Under the pieces are notes generated by a model that searched no databases, was not told the origin of the DNA, and saw nothing but the letters and a program-made list of their open reading frames with translations. A stretch of 64,000 nt of DNA from contig JBNZDD010013634.1 in NCBI GenBank assembly GCA_050575255.1, positions 1,882,494 to 1,946,493 of the forward strand, in the 5' to 3' direction. The stretch's first letter is position 1. Each line of letters begins with the position of its first letter. This DNA comes from Harriotta raleighana (taxonomy: Eukaryota). The translations under genes and the position numbers were made by a program. Positions 24,211 to 37,309 of the stretch are shown here, in pieces.

Positions 24211-27200
24211 CAAAGGTATGATCGTTGCATAAAGGTAAGTTTGGTGTTATTGTTGTCTTAAAAATTGGGCAGTAAGTCACCAATTCTGTGCACAAGCACA
24301 ATACATGCCTCTGTCTATATACTCCACTGTTTCTCTTTCATATTGTAAGAAATGGTGATAATCTANAGCCTTTATAAACACAAATATTCTCTCACTTGTA
24401 TAACTGAAAATGATTTATTATATATACCAAAAAGGATGGTGTTTCCATGACCAATGATTAGGAGATGGAATAAAACATAAAATTTGCAGAAGTTACCCTA
24501 AAACATCCTTCTTCACAATGGGTGGTGGCTGTGTTATAATACTCACACTTTGTGCTCTTACTACTGCTAAAAGGAAACAAAACTTTGCCCTGGGCTACTA
24601 TGAGGTGCAATTTAATGAATATATTAATAGATCATAGCTGGTGGCTGCAGCTCACATCTGCCTGAAGAGATGAATCTTTTTCCCTTATTAGGCAATGAAC
24701 TTGTTCGGAACGCTCTGACTGATTAAATCAGCTATGTGGAGTTTATGCTTAGAATCAAATCCACTGGAATGTCGACACCTTGCCAGCGGCCTTGGATAGC
24801 CACCAGGATGTAGATGTTTTTGATAAATGCCAATAAAAATACTTAGTTCTAAGAACATCGTTACAAACTGAAATGCTTTTTTTTCTTTAAATTGAGAGAA
24901 TTTGTATAGCCACGAAGTAACTGAGCCTCAATGTTTTCTTCGAGAGAAAAAATCTTGGTATATACTTTATGAATTGAACAAACTGAAACATTCAGTGCCA
25001 CAGATTTGATCTTTTCCATTCTGTTCGAGGACCATTCCCCAGCACTGCCATGCACATCTGGCAACAGGGGGGCAACCTGGTCCAGGGAAGCAGGTAGCCC
25101 CAGTCACCAAAAACAGTTCAGATTCCGTTGGGATTAACGTTAGGCAAGCAAGCAGAACTGTGCTAAAGTTCCTACAGTGGGACAGCAAACCTCCACTTGT
25201 ACCAGTCCGTGCTTGATAAAGGATTGATACAATGCGCTATTCTTGTAGTTGTTAAGATTGCTGTTTTGGCTAAAACTGGAAGACCATGAGCCCAACCTTG
25301 TCATATAAGCCGCTTCGCAACAGCCATCTAAATGGCTTATTACAATGAGGTAACAACAACAACTTAATAACAAGGATAATAGGAGACCATTCGGCCCATT
25401 AAGTCTGTTCCGGCTATTTGAAAAGAGCTATTCAAAGTCAATCCCACTCCCTGGCTCTCTCCCCATAACCTCGCAAACCCATTCTCCCCAAATAACCATC
25501 CAACGCTCTTTTAAAAGCTGTTATCAAATCGGCGCCCTACATTTCCCCACATTCTTTATATAGTGCCCTACACTCCGGGCAGCGTTTCAGAGCGCTTAAC
25601 AATGTCAGAGCTCAAGGCTGAGCCAGGGTCGGTGGAAGGTGACCATAGGTGCTGTTGAAGAGAATGTTCTTCAGGCATGATGTGAAGATGGGGAAGGAGG
25701 GGGTGAGATGCAAGGATTGATAGAGGGAGTTCCAAAGTTTCTGGGCATAGTGGCTGAAAGCACAGCCACTGATGGTGAAGTGGAGGATTAGAGGGACAAA
25801 GAGGAGGATGGAGCCAGTAGAGCGGAGGCAGTGTGAGGAGGAGTAAGTGATGCGGATGCCTGATTCACTTAATAAAAGCTGTGTTTCCACAGGGATTAAC
25901 TGGCAGTGAAACAGGAATGTAGGAGATGCCAATAAAGAAAGGTAATCTGAAAGAAGCCTTCTTGGGATTTTACAGAGTTTACTGTAACTATTGTATTAAA
26001 AAGATATGTTCTCCTGCCAATAAGATTGGCATCTCAAAACATAAACTATTCCTGCAACTCAATTAAATTCAAGTTGCTGCAGTCTTGTCAAAGTTAGCTC
26101 CTGTATTTATATTTTATTGTCCTGTGTCAATAAATTCAAGAGGGAATTAGATAGGCTTTTGACACAGAAACCAATGGACTGATAGACGGAGTAGTGGAAT
26201 TTTTTCTCTCTTAAAAAAAATTATGAACTGGCCAGTTTGTGATCTTTTCTGATCCTGATGATTCCTATTCTTAGCCACAATGCAACGAGCAACTGGGAGA
26301 TAATCAAGAGGAGCAACATTATACTAATGACCATTTCTGATTCAGGAGTAGCGTTAACTGACTCGGGTAACATTGGACAAGACTTAATATTCAAAGTGGC
26401 CCAAAGTAGTCGACAAATTCAGGTGTCTGAATTCCAAATTCAGGGATGTCCTCCCGATGTGAAAGGCGCTATATAAATAATAATAATAATAATCCTTGCA
26501 TTTGATATAGCACTTTTCACATCTTATCAACGTCCCAAAGCGCTTCACAGAGCATACTGTAAAGTGAATTGACTGTATATTTGTGGGCGAAACGTGGCAA
26601 CCAATTGCGCACAGCAGTGTCCCACAAACAGTCATGGATTGAAATGACCAATTTTATTATTGTAGTTTTTTTGGAGGGATTATTATTAGGCATGCGGAGT
26701 AAGGAAACTTGCCCAAGGTTTCGCCCAGATCTGCCTGGATTTGAACACAGGCCTCATACTTGTAAGGCATGTAAGGCGAGTGCTCTAACCACTGAGCCAC
26801 AGGAGCGCCACAAAGGTATGATCGTTGCATAAAGGTAAGTTTGGTGTTATTGTTGTCTTAAAAATTGGGCAGTAAGTCACCAATTCTGTGCACAAGCACA
26901 ATACATGCCTCTGTCTATATACTCCACTGTTTCTCTTTCATATTGTAAGAAATGGTGATAATCTAATTTGAACAAGAATTCAATTGAATGATATATAATG
27001 TAGGGCTTTTTTTTTAAGAACAAAACACCTTGCAAAGTGGCTGTAGAGCTCAGTGACTTGACTGTGATCCTTCTCAATGGTCCTTTCTGGAAGCACACTA
27101 AGAAAAGGCAAGTGTTTTTTCCTCAGACCTCTGTCAGTGCTCCTCTGGGACTAGCCCTGAGAAGGTGGAAAGAGTGAGCCTGGCTCCAACTACATAGGAG

Positions 27201-28729
27201 GGGCCACGAGAGCTTTGTCTGGCCTTTGGTAGTTGAGTGGCTGAATGTTGAATCATTGATGCTGGTAATATTGATGGACTACGTGATCTAAAGGGAAGAG
27301 TCTGTCTAATCCCCAGTGGTATAAAAGGCAGGTGTATCCAAAGTGTGGTAATACAGAGCATGGTTGCCTCTATATTCCTCAGTCGTCTAGAAAAAAGATG
27401 CCATTGGGATCCAAATCTAATTCTCCCCTCTATTACTGACAAACTAATCTGTTTATGTAAAGGTATTAATACTTAGCGTGTTCATAAAGCACCCAAGTTT
27501 TAACTGGTCACCGATGTAATAACATGGAGTGTGGTCGGTCACTCAGGATTCACATGCAGTACTAAATGGATCCACATGTGGTCCGAAACTTCTGACACTC
27601 CAGGAACATTTCTCAAGTTGGTATAATAAATACAGCACAATGGTAGCTCAGATAAGGCTGATGTGTTTATTGAAGAATGGCCCGTACGGTATATTTATAT
27701 TGGAAACGGAGAGACCAGAGAAACAGTAGAGCACCTGGCAACAGCTGGATTCTCTTTTATGTGAGATTAAAAGGAAATGATTCTTTTTCTTATTAAGTTG
27801 ACAGTGTTAGACTAATAGGACTGATTGGACTCGGGGGAGGTTGGTCTTGTACAGGATAAAGCAATCTTAACATGGAAGCCTGCAAAGCGAGTGCTAACAA
27901 GTTATTCAACCACAGGTGAACTTCAACCAAATTCAATCCTGTTCGCCCACTCACACTTGCTGACTATGTGTTGTCATACTCTGGGCTGGCAAAGCTCATA
28001 CAGCTCCCTGGCTACTGTTCTTGCTTATTCAGCGACTTGGAGCAAGGGGAGCGGTGTGGAAACATTTGACCTCTGATCCCTCTACTTTTCTTTGCCTAAG
28101 TATTTGGCATTGGCCCATTGCCTCCTGACTGGCAAGACTAAGTGTAGAAATCACAGACATTAGTATCAACTCCTGAATTAGTTGTATTGCACATCATCAG
28201 TGCTCTTCAGAAGGAGGGTTGCTTGAACGGAGGGCGGGAGGGAGATCAGGGTTGCTTAAGCTTCAGCACACAAGGAGGCCATCTGACCCTTTGTGCTGAT
28301 AGGACTATGACAGCCCTCCAATGTAATTGGCGAACAGAAAACCAGGCACCTATCAAAGAAACACATGAACACTGTACCTCCTAACTGCCTTCAGGCAGTT
28401 TGGTTCCTAACCACTGCACTACATCTGGTAACCTGACTTCAGAGAGTCTAGGCTAATCCACGTGGCAGGAAGCTGGGAGGTGGAGACGCCACAAGACCCA
28501 CTTAGGCTCATACGTGTCCAATCAGCCACCCAGTTTCCTTTGTGTACTCGGGCCAGATGTTTGAGAGAGCGTCTCGAGGAGAAGACTACTGCAATAAGAA
28601 ACAAACTCTGACCTCTGGAGCTGCGGGAAGAATGACTGGAATTTAAGTGTGCATTTACACTTCCACAGAAAACCAGAATAGTACGGCTCAAATAAGAGTT
28701 AAACATCCAACGTATAGAAGCAAACTCAC

Positions 28730-28799
28730 CAACAATCGGCGGCAGTAGCCAAAACGTCTGCTTCCATCTTCCCCAGTGAGCATAAACGAGAATGTTTCA
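28730..28799 (-). CDS. DENND2B: DENND2B exon, uDENN (ETFSFMLTGEDGSRRFGYCRRLL)
   Basis: AG/GT boundaries, 70 nt, phase 2-0; uDENN motif FxFxLTxxDGxRxFGYC. Confidence 0.96.
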
Positions 28800-29677
28800 C
28801 TGCAAACACACAATGGTCCAAAAGGTTACCCAACAGCGAATTAACAGAATATAGAGCTGGTTAAGAGCTTTTTCTCTTGCTGATAGTTTGCATTCCTTCA
28901 CTGCTTTTGTACTCTAAGGAAAATAAATCGAACGCTTTGCCCCCAATATGATGAAGCTTCCATGAGAAGTCATTGCTTTTAACTCTTTGTAGCTTGCGGT
29001 GAAACCCCGTGAACTGCAGCAACATGTCACCAAGTGAGGACAGACTGAGATAGAAAATCAACCTTACACTGCAAGCAAAACTCACCCTGACTTTTGACCT
29101 GAGCAGATGGGCTGTTTCTCCTTTCATAGAACAATTATATGGGAAAGTATTTGTAACAACAACAATAACAACAAGAACATTACATTAATATGGTGCCTTT
29201 CATGTCGGAAGCATCCGAGGAATTCTGTCTACACACAATAACCAGACCTTTGGTATCCAGTTAATGCTTCTGACCGGACAATGTGCAGATTCCTTTAAGC
29301 CAGACTTTTCCCATCACAAACCGGACAGCTGGCAACCTTATTGCTAAACTACTTGTGCTCAGCCCCCAGGAGCAGGACACAAGACCTTTCCTCCATCATT
29401 GCGTCCAGCTCATTCCAATTTGAAACCCTCTGCAATAATGGCACACACAATGAAAGCCACTTGCGTTGATGTTTCACCCGTCGTGTAAGATAGTGGCCGA
29501 CTCCAAAAAGTGCGCAGGGATAAAACACCATGAGGGGTAATGAACAACTGTAATTCTTCGCCAACATACTGGGGATATTTAACCAGAGAATTATCTCTCT
29601 TCTTCTTCCCCACACACACAAACACATCTATGCGACTCGTGATATCTATGATTGACTTTCCTATCTTGTTTAAGTAC

Positions 29678-29787
29678 CTGATAAAATCTGACACTGGAGC
29701 CCAGTCCTTAGCATCTGGGAAGCAGAATTGTGGGATAGCTTTCAGGCGTTCTTCAGCCTCACGCACTTGTTTTGTTGGCCTCTCTAG
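29678..29787 (-). CDS. DENND2B: DENND2B exon, uDENN (LERPTKQVREAEERLKAIPQFCFPDAKDWAPVSDFI)
   Basis: AG/GT boundaries, 110 nt, phase 0-2; IPQFCFP motif. Confidence 0.96.
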
Positions 29788-31503
29788 CTGTGGAGGGGAA
29801 ACAAAACCATGTCACTTGCATATAGCGAACAGTAGTAAATGTGATTCTGTAAACTGGTAACAATATTATTCAGTCTTTAACAGTGCCCCAAGGTAACGCT
29901 ATTCAATTCTTGCGGTTTGATAGTGGAATTGTCAACCCTTAATAGTACTTGATGACAAGCTCATTCCTCAACCATACCAGCATATCACAATCAACCCTTA
30001 ACAGTACTTCATGTAACACTTGTATCTACCATGTAACCTCTGTACAAAGTTTGATAAAAGATTCAGTGTAACTAAATAAAACCTACAGTGTAGTGCAGTA
30101 ATATACAAATATTCCTTAAGCGAGTGTTGATGGGCTACTTGAACATGGCAGTGGGAACTTCCTGACCCTGTACATTGCAGTATTCATCCAAAATTGCCTT
30201 TGCCCTTTGCTCTGCCACCTGGGCACTTGTGACAGGGGTCCTTCCCTGGACTGTGACCAGGAGCAGGTAGTGAGTAAGGGTGTTTGAGACCAAGGCACTG
30301 GAGTCATTCATAAAACCTCTTGATGCTGTGATGGGAAAATGGAAGATGGAATGTAGTCTTGTACAGTGTTTCATCTGTTTTCTAGTTACACTGTCTTGTC
30401 AGATACTAATCNNNNNNNNNNNNNNNNNNNNNNNNNNNNNNNNNNNNNNNNNNNNNNNNNNNNNNNNNNNNNNNNNNNNNNNNNNNNNNNNNNNNNNNNN
30501 NNNNNNNNNNNNNNNNNNNNNNNNNNNNNNNNNNNNNNNNNNNNNNNNNNNNNNNNNNNNNNNNNNNNNNNNNNNNNNNNNNNNNNNNNNNNNNNNNNNN
30601 NNNNNNNNNNNNNNNNNNNNNNNNNNNNNNNNNNNNNNNNNNNNNNNNNNNNNNNNNNNNNNNNNNNNNNNNNNNNNNNNNNNNNNNNNNNNNNNNNNNN
30701 NNNNNNNNNNNNNNNNNNNNNNNNNNNNNNNNNNNNNNNNNNNNNNNNNNNNNNNNNNNNNNNNNNNNNNNNNTAAAATCTGACACTGGAGCCCAGTCCT
30801 TAGCATCTGGGAAGCAGAATTGTGGGATAGCTTTCAGGCGTTCTTCAGCCTCACGCACTTGTTTTGTTGGCCTCTCTAGCTGTGGAGGGGAAACAAAACC
30901 ATGTCACTTGCATATAGTGAACAGTAGTAAATGTGATTCTGTAAACTGGTAACAATATTATTCAGTCTTTAACAGTGCCCCAAGGTAACGCTATTCAATT
31001 CTTGCGGTTTGATAGTGGAATTGTCAACCCTTAATAGTACTTGATGACAAGCTCATTCCTCAACCATACCAGCATATCACAATCAACCCTTAACAGTACT
31101 TCATGTAACACTTGTATCTACCATGTAACCTCTGTACAAAGTTTGATAAAAGATTCAGTGTAACTAAATAAAACCTACAGTGTAGTGCAGTAATATACAA
31201 ATATTCCTTAAGCGAGTGTTAATGGGCTACTTGAACATGGCAGTGGGAACTTCTTGACCCTGTACATTGCAGTATTCATCCAAAATTGCCTTTGCCCTTT
31301 GCTCTGCCACCTGGACACTTGTGACAGGGGTCCTTCCCTGGACTGTGACCAGGAGCAGGTAGTGAGTAAGGGTGTTTGAGACCAAGGCACTGGAGTCATT
31401 CATAAAACCTCTTGATGCTGTGATGGGAAAATGGAAGATGGAATGTAGTCTTGTACAGTGTTTCATCTGTTTTCTAGTTACACTGTCTTGTCAGATACTA
31501 ATC
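29682..31503. repeat. 730-bp duplication across an N gap (29682-30411 / 30774-31503; gap 30412-30773), including a second copy of the 29678-29787 exon at 30774-30879
   Basis: Offset 1092; about 4 substitutions; the donor end of the second exon copy runs into the gap. Confidence 0.93.
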
Positions 31504-33403
31504 CCCCCCCCCCCACCCCGCAACCCCATGCATAAAAGAGCACAGTGTTTTTCCCATGGGCTTTTACATAGTTTATAACAAAACTGAATATCTGGTTCGA
31601 AAATACAACTTCAGACATAACATCACACAGTGTGTCCTGGTTGCCCAATGTCAGCAGTTGTACATTGGTTACAGCCAGCCTGAAGGTAACAACAATATCG
31701 GCACTGAAGCCTTCAGATCATTTTCAGGGAAACCAAGTCATTGATTCCAGTCCTAACCTTGAAACTGCTTTTCCGTAACTCTTAAAAGAATTGGCATCAA
31801 AATGAGGCTGTATATAAGAAGTTGCCAATCTCTGGAATGCTCTGTAATTTAACATAAATTGAAACAATCATAATCCAGGTGGAATTTCTCTATATCAATG
31901 TGCTAATCTGTTAGGAACCTATTAAGAAACATTTCAGTGTTCATTTCGTAATGTGATCAGCGTAATTCAACCACTGCAGGAAGTCTGCGTGATGGCTTCT
32001 TAGATTTTTTTTGTAATAGGCTGCGATGGTGAATGCCTGTGTTTCAAAGACTCCCTTCTTGTGTTACCATTGTTGAAATAACTTGCATTTTTACATACAG
32101 CTTTTCAGCTATTAAAGGAAATGTTATGCAAATTTCATCTCTGAAATCAATCTGTAGAGACTAGTAAAACAGCATCCAGCCACTCCTGGTGAACTGATTT
32201 ACGTCCTGTACTTTTTCTCTGAGCTTTTATTGGTAAAGGATTGTTATATCCTCAACTCCCCATGTTGCTACGGCTGCTGGCGTGAGGCTATGAATAGCCA
32301 GTCTTGGCTACGTGAGACAAGGCCTGTTCAGTTAATTTCTACAGGATGTCTTATTAATAGTTCTACATCGTCTACAATCCCCTGTTGCGTTTCCTTTGAG
32401 CACACATGCAGATTAGAACACGCCAAAGTAAAATATGGAAAGATTGAATTGAGAGAGATATTTTGATGATACCCCTTTAAATAAATAAAATTAAATAAAC
32501 TTTGCTTGCAACATTCAAAACCCACTTTTTAACCATACTCTTTCATTTCTACCCTTTCTCCTCTTTGCATCTCGATTTGTTTTGTGTTTGTCTTGCCTAT
32601 CGATCTGGTTGCTCAATGTCAACTCTGCCCTTCCCCAGCCCCCATTGTTTTGCCTGAATTCTCCAACTCCTTGTTGTGCCCACCCTCCCTCCACACAGAC
32701 ATACATGAACACACACTCCTGTTTGCCCATTGCTATTGTAGAAGCAGCTGGAGTTGTATCTCACAGTGAACATCAGGCAAGCAGCTGGAAGGGCATCATT
32801 CATAGCTGGTCAGCTCCCCATCCCACCATCACCCCCAGAGAACAAAAGAGCAGCACAAGACTAAAAAGAACAGCATAGCCATTTCCTGTTATATCACACT
32901 TGACATTGAGGTTTACCATTTACTCCAACTCAATATTCAATCTGAAGTTATTTCAATTTGAACAAAGGATATGATGTACTACCTATTATGATTGCACTTT
33001 ACAAGGATCTTCACCACCTTGTATCTATAGAAAATACTTGGTGGAGGAGGGGGGGGAGGAACTGTTGAGAAGAGAATGTTTAAATTACCATTTATTTAGA
33101 TCCTCAAGACTGCTTAAACTATCTCATGCCTTGAATTCCAACTAGCAAGATCATTGTGTCTTGAAATTTAAGATCACAGGGATTTGGCCAAATACATCAA
33201 TGGAGTATTAGTTTGGAACTGGCTTCCAAACTGTGACTGAATTTAAATTTGATCTTTCCACAACTCAATACAATATTGAATTTTAAGGCAAAATGGGTTT
33301 ACAGGTTAAGACTAGGTGAAATAATAGGTCCCTAGCATTGATTTATATGCAGGTTTGATCACTGGTGTCTAATAAACAGTTAGAAAATGCCAGGCTGATT
33401 TAC

Positions 33404-33588
33404 CTTTGGGAACTGATAGGATACTTCAGGGATGTAACTGTTCTTTGAAGGCTTCTTCTTTAGTGCGACCACCACAAAATATTCGAAGAGTTCTCTCTCC
33501 TGCCACTCGATGAGTTCCCGTTCCAATGTTCGGTATCTGGGCGCCTTCTTTAGCACTGACTGGATGTGCACCAAGCGCTGTGTGTGTG
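33404..33588 (-). CDS. DENND2B: DENND2B exon (AHTQRLVHIQSVLKK...ELFEYFVVVALKKKPSKNSYIPEVSYQFPK), start of uDENN
   Basis: AG/GT boundaries, 185 nt, phase 1-0. Confidence 0.96.
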
Positions 33589-33629
33589 CTGGACAGTAGG
33601 TAGGAGTGAGGGGAAAAAGATCCAAATGC

Positions 33630-33778
33630 AATTCATAATTTTCAAGACAGAGGTGGACAGATTTTTGTTAGGTTATGGTAGCCAGGGACAGGGGTGATGG
33701 GGGTAATTAGAGTTGATCAGCCATGATCTAACAAAAGGCTCAAGGGGCTGAATAGCCTACTCATGTTCCTATGTTCCC
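33630..33778 (+). mobile_element. CR1 3' end fragment
   Basis: TTTTCAAGACAGAGGTGGACAGATTTTTG...GGGGCTGAATAGCCTACTCATGTTCCTATGTTCC. Confidence 0.65.
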
Positions 33779-33984
33779 ATATTAGGCCCGGTACCCAGGT
33801 CAAAATTAACAAGTGCTTTGCGAGCCAGGAAACAGCCTGAAAGGCATTACATTAGTGTGACTTGCACGGAAACAATGTTCTATCAGGTCTCTGAAGTGGA
33901 GCAGCTCAACAGAACGAGGAGATCTTTACACAGGCCGTGGGGAAGTGATGGGTGGTTGGGATCGAGTACAATGTGTCCTCTCAC

Positions 33985-34029
33985 CTTTAAACCTGTCATC
34001 CGAGTCGCTCTCACTCTCACTGTTCTCAT
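33985..34029 (-). CDS. DENND2B: DENND2B exon (DENSESESDSDDRFK)
   Basis: AG/GT boundaries, 45 nt, phase 1-1. Confidence 0.94.
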
Positions 34030-35029
34030 CTGTAAAAGAGATAAAAGATTCTAAGCGAAGGTGCCAGAGGCAAATCAACATTTAGTTTGAGAAAAATTCC
34101 AGAACATTCCTGATCATAAATTTAGACTAAACAGACTCTTGCTGCAGCTGTTAAATATTTAACCTGTTCTTTGTAAAGACGCTATGCTATCTTTGGAACA
34201 GTATTTTCTGTGTCTGAGGCAAGTGTGTGAAAATGAGAAAGACAGTGGACTCATCCCTCCAATAGCTTTTAAAGGGATGTGTGTGTTTGTATGTGTATGT
34301 CTGCGTGTGTGGGAACGGGCAGGGGAGGACGACAACATTTATAAACTGTATTCCTTTAACTCACCGTAACTGGTAGAGAGCTAACAGTATTTCTTCAAAA
34401 AAAAAGTCTCAAAGAATTCTGATCAACATTTTTTTTAACTTCCGAGAAAAGAATAATCAATAATACTTTGAAGAGGACTTGAAGGAGCTGTGTACTAACA
34501 TATACCTGCTGGTCTCATACCACCTTCTTCAACATTTCAAGAGTCTCCCTGCACCTCCACTGTAAATAATGTTTCAGGTAATATCAAACAGGCTTCTTTT
34601 GGGACTTTGGAGAGACGGGAAGTTCCTGTGATGTGTATAGTGTTGTGAATGTGACTGAAATGTATTCCACATCTGGCTGGTTTGGACTCCCCACCACCAC
34701 AACTGAGATTGGCCCCCACAATCAAGACTTGGGAAGAAGGAGGAGACATGTAGGGCAAATGTTCACCCGTAAAGGAAACCTGGCAGCATTTAACCAAAAT
34801 TACGTGAGATGATACATCATAAGATTTATTGTGGAGGAGAGTGGGAGACTGCAGGGGAGGGGAGAGGGAGAGAGAATTATTTTGGCTTCCTACTCTCAAA
34901 TTACAATCAGCCAGTATTCTGGGAAATGATGACTCCGAACTTTGGCTAAGAATTCCATCCTTGTCTTCCCATCGGCTTGATCTCTGCGAGAGGCCTGTGG
35001 CTATGAGCTCTGATCTCCCAGTATCTTAC

Positions 35030-35126
35030 CTCGCAGAGACGCATTTTCAAAATTCGACAGTGACAGTTTCTTCAGCCTCTTCTTTCCTCTCTTTGCGCTA
35101 TAAATGCCATTAATCTTCTGAACAAG
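35030..35126 (-). CDS. DENND2B: DENND2B exon (LVQKINGIYSAKRGKKRLKKLSLSNFENASLR)
   Basis: AG/GT boundaries, 97 nt, phase 0-1. Confidence 0.95.
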
Positions 35127-35720
35127 CTGGTGAGCAAGACAAGCAAGAAACAGGGAGTTATTCAATGGAAGCCCCTGTTCCGAGAGAAGCTTGTTGATAA
35201 GAACAGCTTTCTCTTGGTGCTTTTGAAGCGGTTTGCTGCTTATCATCCCAGTTACAGGGATTCATTGACTGATATAACATTGATTCTGTGCTCGTTTGAT
35301 GCTTATATTAGTATAGTCACTGAAACTCATGGTTAATTTTGCTTTTGGATCTCATGTTACTGTAATTGTTAGATTTGATAAGTGAATTACAGTGGGTAGC
35401 TTTTGGTTATTTTTTTTTTTTACAAGGTGAAACAGAAACAAAATACAACGTCAAACACTGTGGATTCTGGTGTTTTTATTTAATGTTTATTTTTATTTAT
35501 TGATTGTTGTGTTTATTTTACTGATTTATTTTTATGTTTAGCCCACAAGAGCAAAGGTTACGAGCAAAGGATCGTTGGTAGTGAACGGTGTGGGGAATGT
35601 GTTTCAGCACTGAATTAGCTGATCTGAGTAGGGTAACCAAAGGATCGGAGTGGGAGATCATAGACAAAGGGAGGTGCCAGGGCATGAAGGAGATAGAAGG
35701 AATGAATTAGGCTGGATTAC

Positions 35721-35957
35721 CTTGGGGATCCTCCTGGACCTACGTGAAGAGAGCAGATCGCTGGTTGTGCTCACGCTGTCGTCATTGATGCTGTTTGGGG
35801 AAGAGGGCACACTAAGGCGGGACAGAAGTAATACGTCATCATGGCTGTGTCTTTTGGATAGCCCCGGAAGCCTAAGCGTCTTCCTGTCAATTGTACTCGT
35901 CAGACGCAATGATAGACTGCTGGGTTTCGGAGGCAGCTTTGAGAGAGAAGTCATGGA
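35721..35957 (-). CDS. DENND2B: DENND2B exon (SMTSLSKLPPKP...KRHSHDD...SSRRSRRIPK)
   Basis: AG/GT boundaries, 237 nt, phase 0-0. Confidence 0.93.
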
Positions 35958-37309
35958 CTGTGTTAAAATAAAGCATTGTATGTAAAGCACATAACATTCA
36001 AACACTGATTCAAGCTCTATTGTTTTACAATGCAACTTCAAACACTGAATGCTTCTGTTTCAAGCAACTCAAACATTTAGCGATGTCAACAACATGTCAA
36101 ATTTATACAACATCTTTCACACAAAGAAACACCTAAAGGCTTTATAGAATGAGAAACAAAGGATAAATCGAAATGAAGTGAATGTTGTAAAAACAACAAA
36201 ATGCAGCAGCTATTTTGCACTAGCAATGTCCCAATTAATCTGATGGAGTGAATTGGAATAAAGAAGAATATAGGCCAAGTGGTGTAACGATACCACGAAG
36301 CAGGTTTGGAACCACACTAAGCGCTCATTCTTATACAATCTGGGTGAGGTCAGAAGGCGTTGGATTTAGCTTTGGACAATAAATTCACCCAGTCACAGAA
36401 AATCAAGTGCAAACTACCTATTGAAAAGTGGATCTGAACTTGCAGTGTGTCTTGAAGATAATCATTAGCGTTGTGGAGATTTATATTAGTCTGACAATTG
36501 GTCAGTTCTGATTGTGTCCTGGTGCTGGACCTATCCTATAATTCCACAAATCTCTTCTTTATTTCATCTTCAACCTAGCCCAGTTAGGTTGTCTTACATC
36601 TGATCCTTGGTTCCCCTTAGTTTACATAGTTGGTGAAACCAATACTGTGAATCTGTAAAAAATATTGTATGATTGACTCATCAGAGGATTCGGTGAGAAA
36701 TTATCTTCAGCCTTTCGTTGTTTCCCCCACCCCTACAATCTACCCTTGAAATGTAACTGTAGTTCCAGATGGGCAGGACACATTCTGAACCCCAGGTCCT
36801 ATTTCTTGAAGATGATATGCCGCAGCTTATTTGGTATGAGCATACACATGTGCTTTGCCCATAGTGGAGAGCAGTGATCAGTGAGTTATAGATTCTAGAG
36901 CCAAGCCTCACTCCATCAGCAGCAAGAGCATTGGCAAACAATAAAAAATTATGTTGTGATTTATGATGTTGTTTTTCTTCTTTGCCTTGATTCATTCTTT
37001 TTTGTATGTTATTCACTTTCCATCCATGGCTTATTTCCAAAGGAAAGCAAACTGTTGTCGTCGCCCCCAAGAAAAAAAACAATCCAAGAATTAACCCCTA
37101 ACAGTATCCTCTCTTCCCTATTAGGGATCCAAGTGATCAATGGGAATAATATGTATATATGTTTTTTCCTCTGTCTGTTTGTTTTTTCTATATATGCAAA
37201 AGGCAAACAAATTCAAAATTGAAGGATGTACTGAAGAACAAGCAAAGGGATTAACATCTCATCCAAAGGGACAGCAAAGTAATACCACCCAGTTTCTGGA
37301 TTAAATTGT

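Larger units (their letters stand above)
21767..26965. repeat. 2599-bp near-identical tandem duplication (21767-24365 / 24367-26965) joined by a single N; probable assembly artefact
   Basis: Offset is exactly 2600 with N at 24366; about 8 substitutions seen by eye; ORF-track proteins are duplicated. Confidence 0.95.

Noticed and set aside
29930-30015. Short repeats CAACCCTTAA(T/C)AGTACTT as a CRISPR-like array
   Set aside because: Only two clear units plus one degenerate unit, in eukaryotic intronic DNA with no cas genes.
30135-30374. 79-aa minus-strand ORF as an extra DENND2B exon or nested gene
   Set aside because: No similarity to ST5, the flanking exons already join in frame, and its repetition at 31227 comes from the duplication.
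30280-30858. Long ORFs containing X runs
   Set aside because: Artefacts of translating through the N gap.
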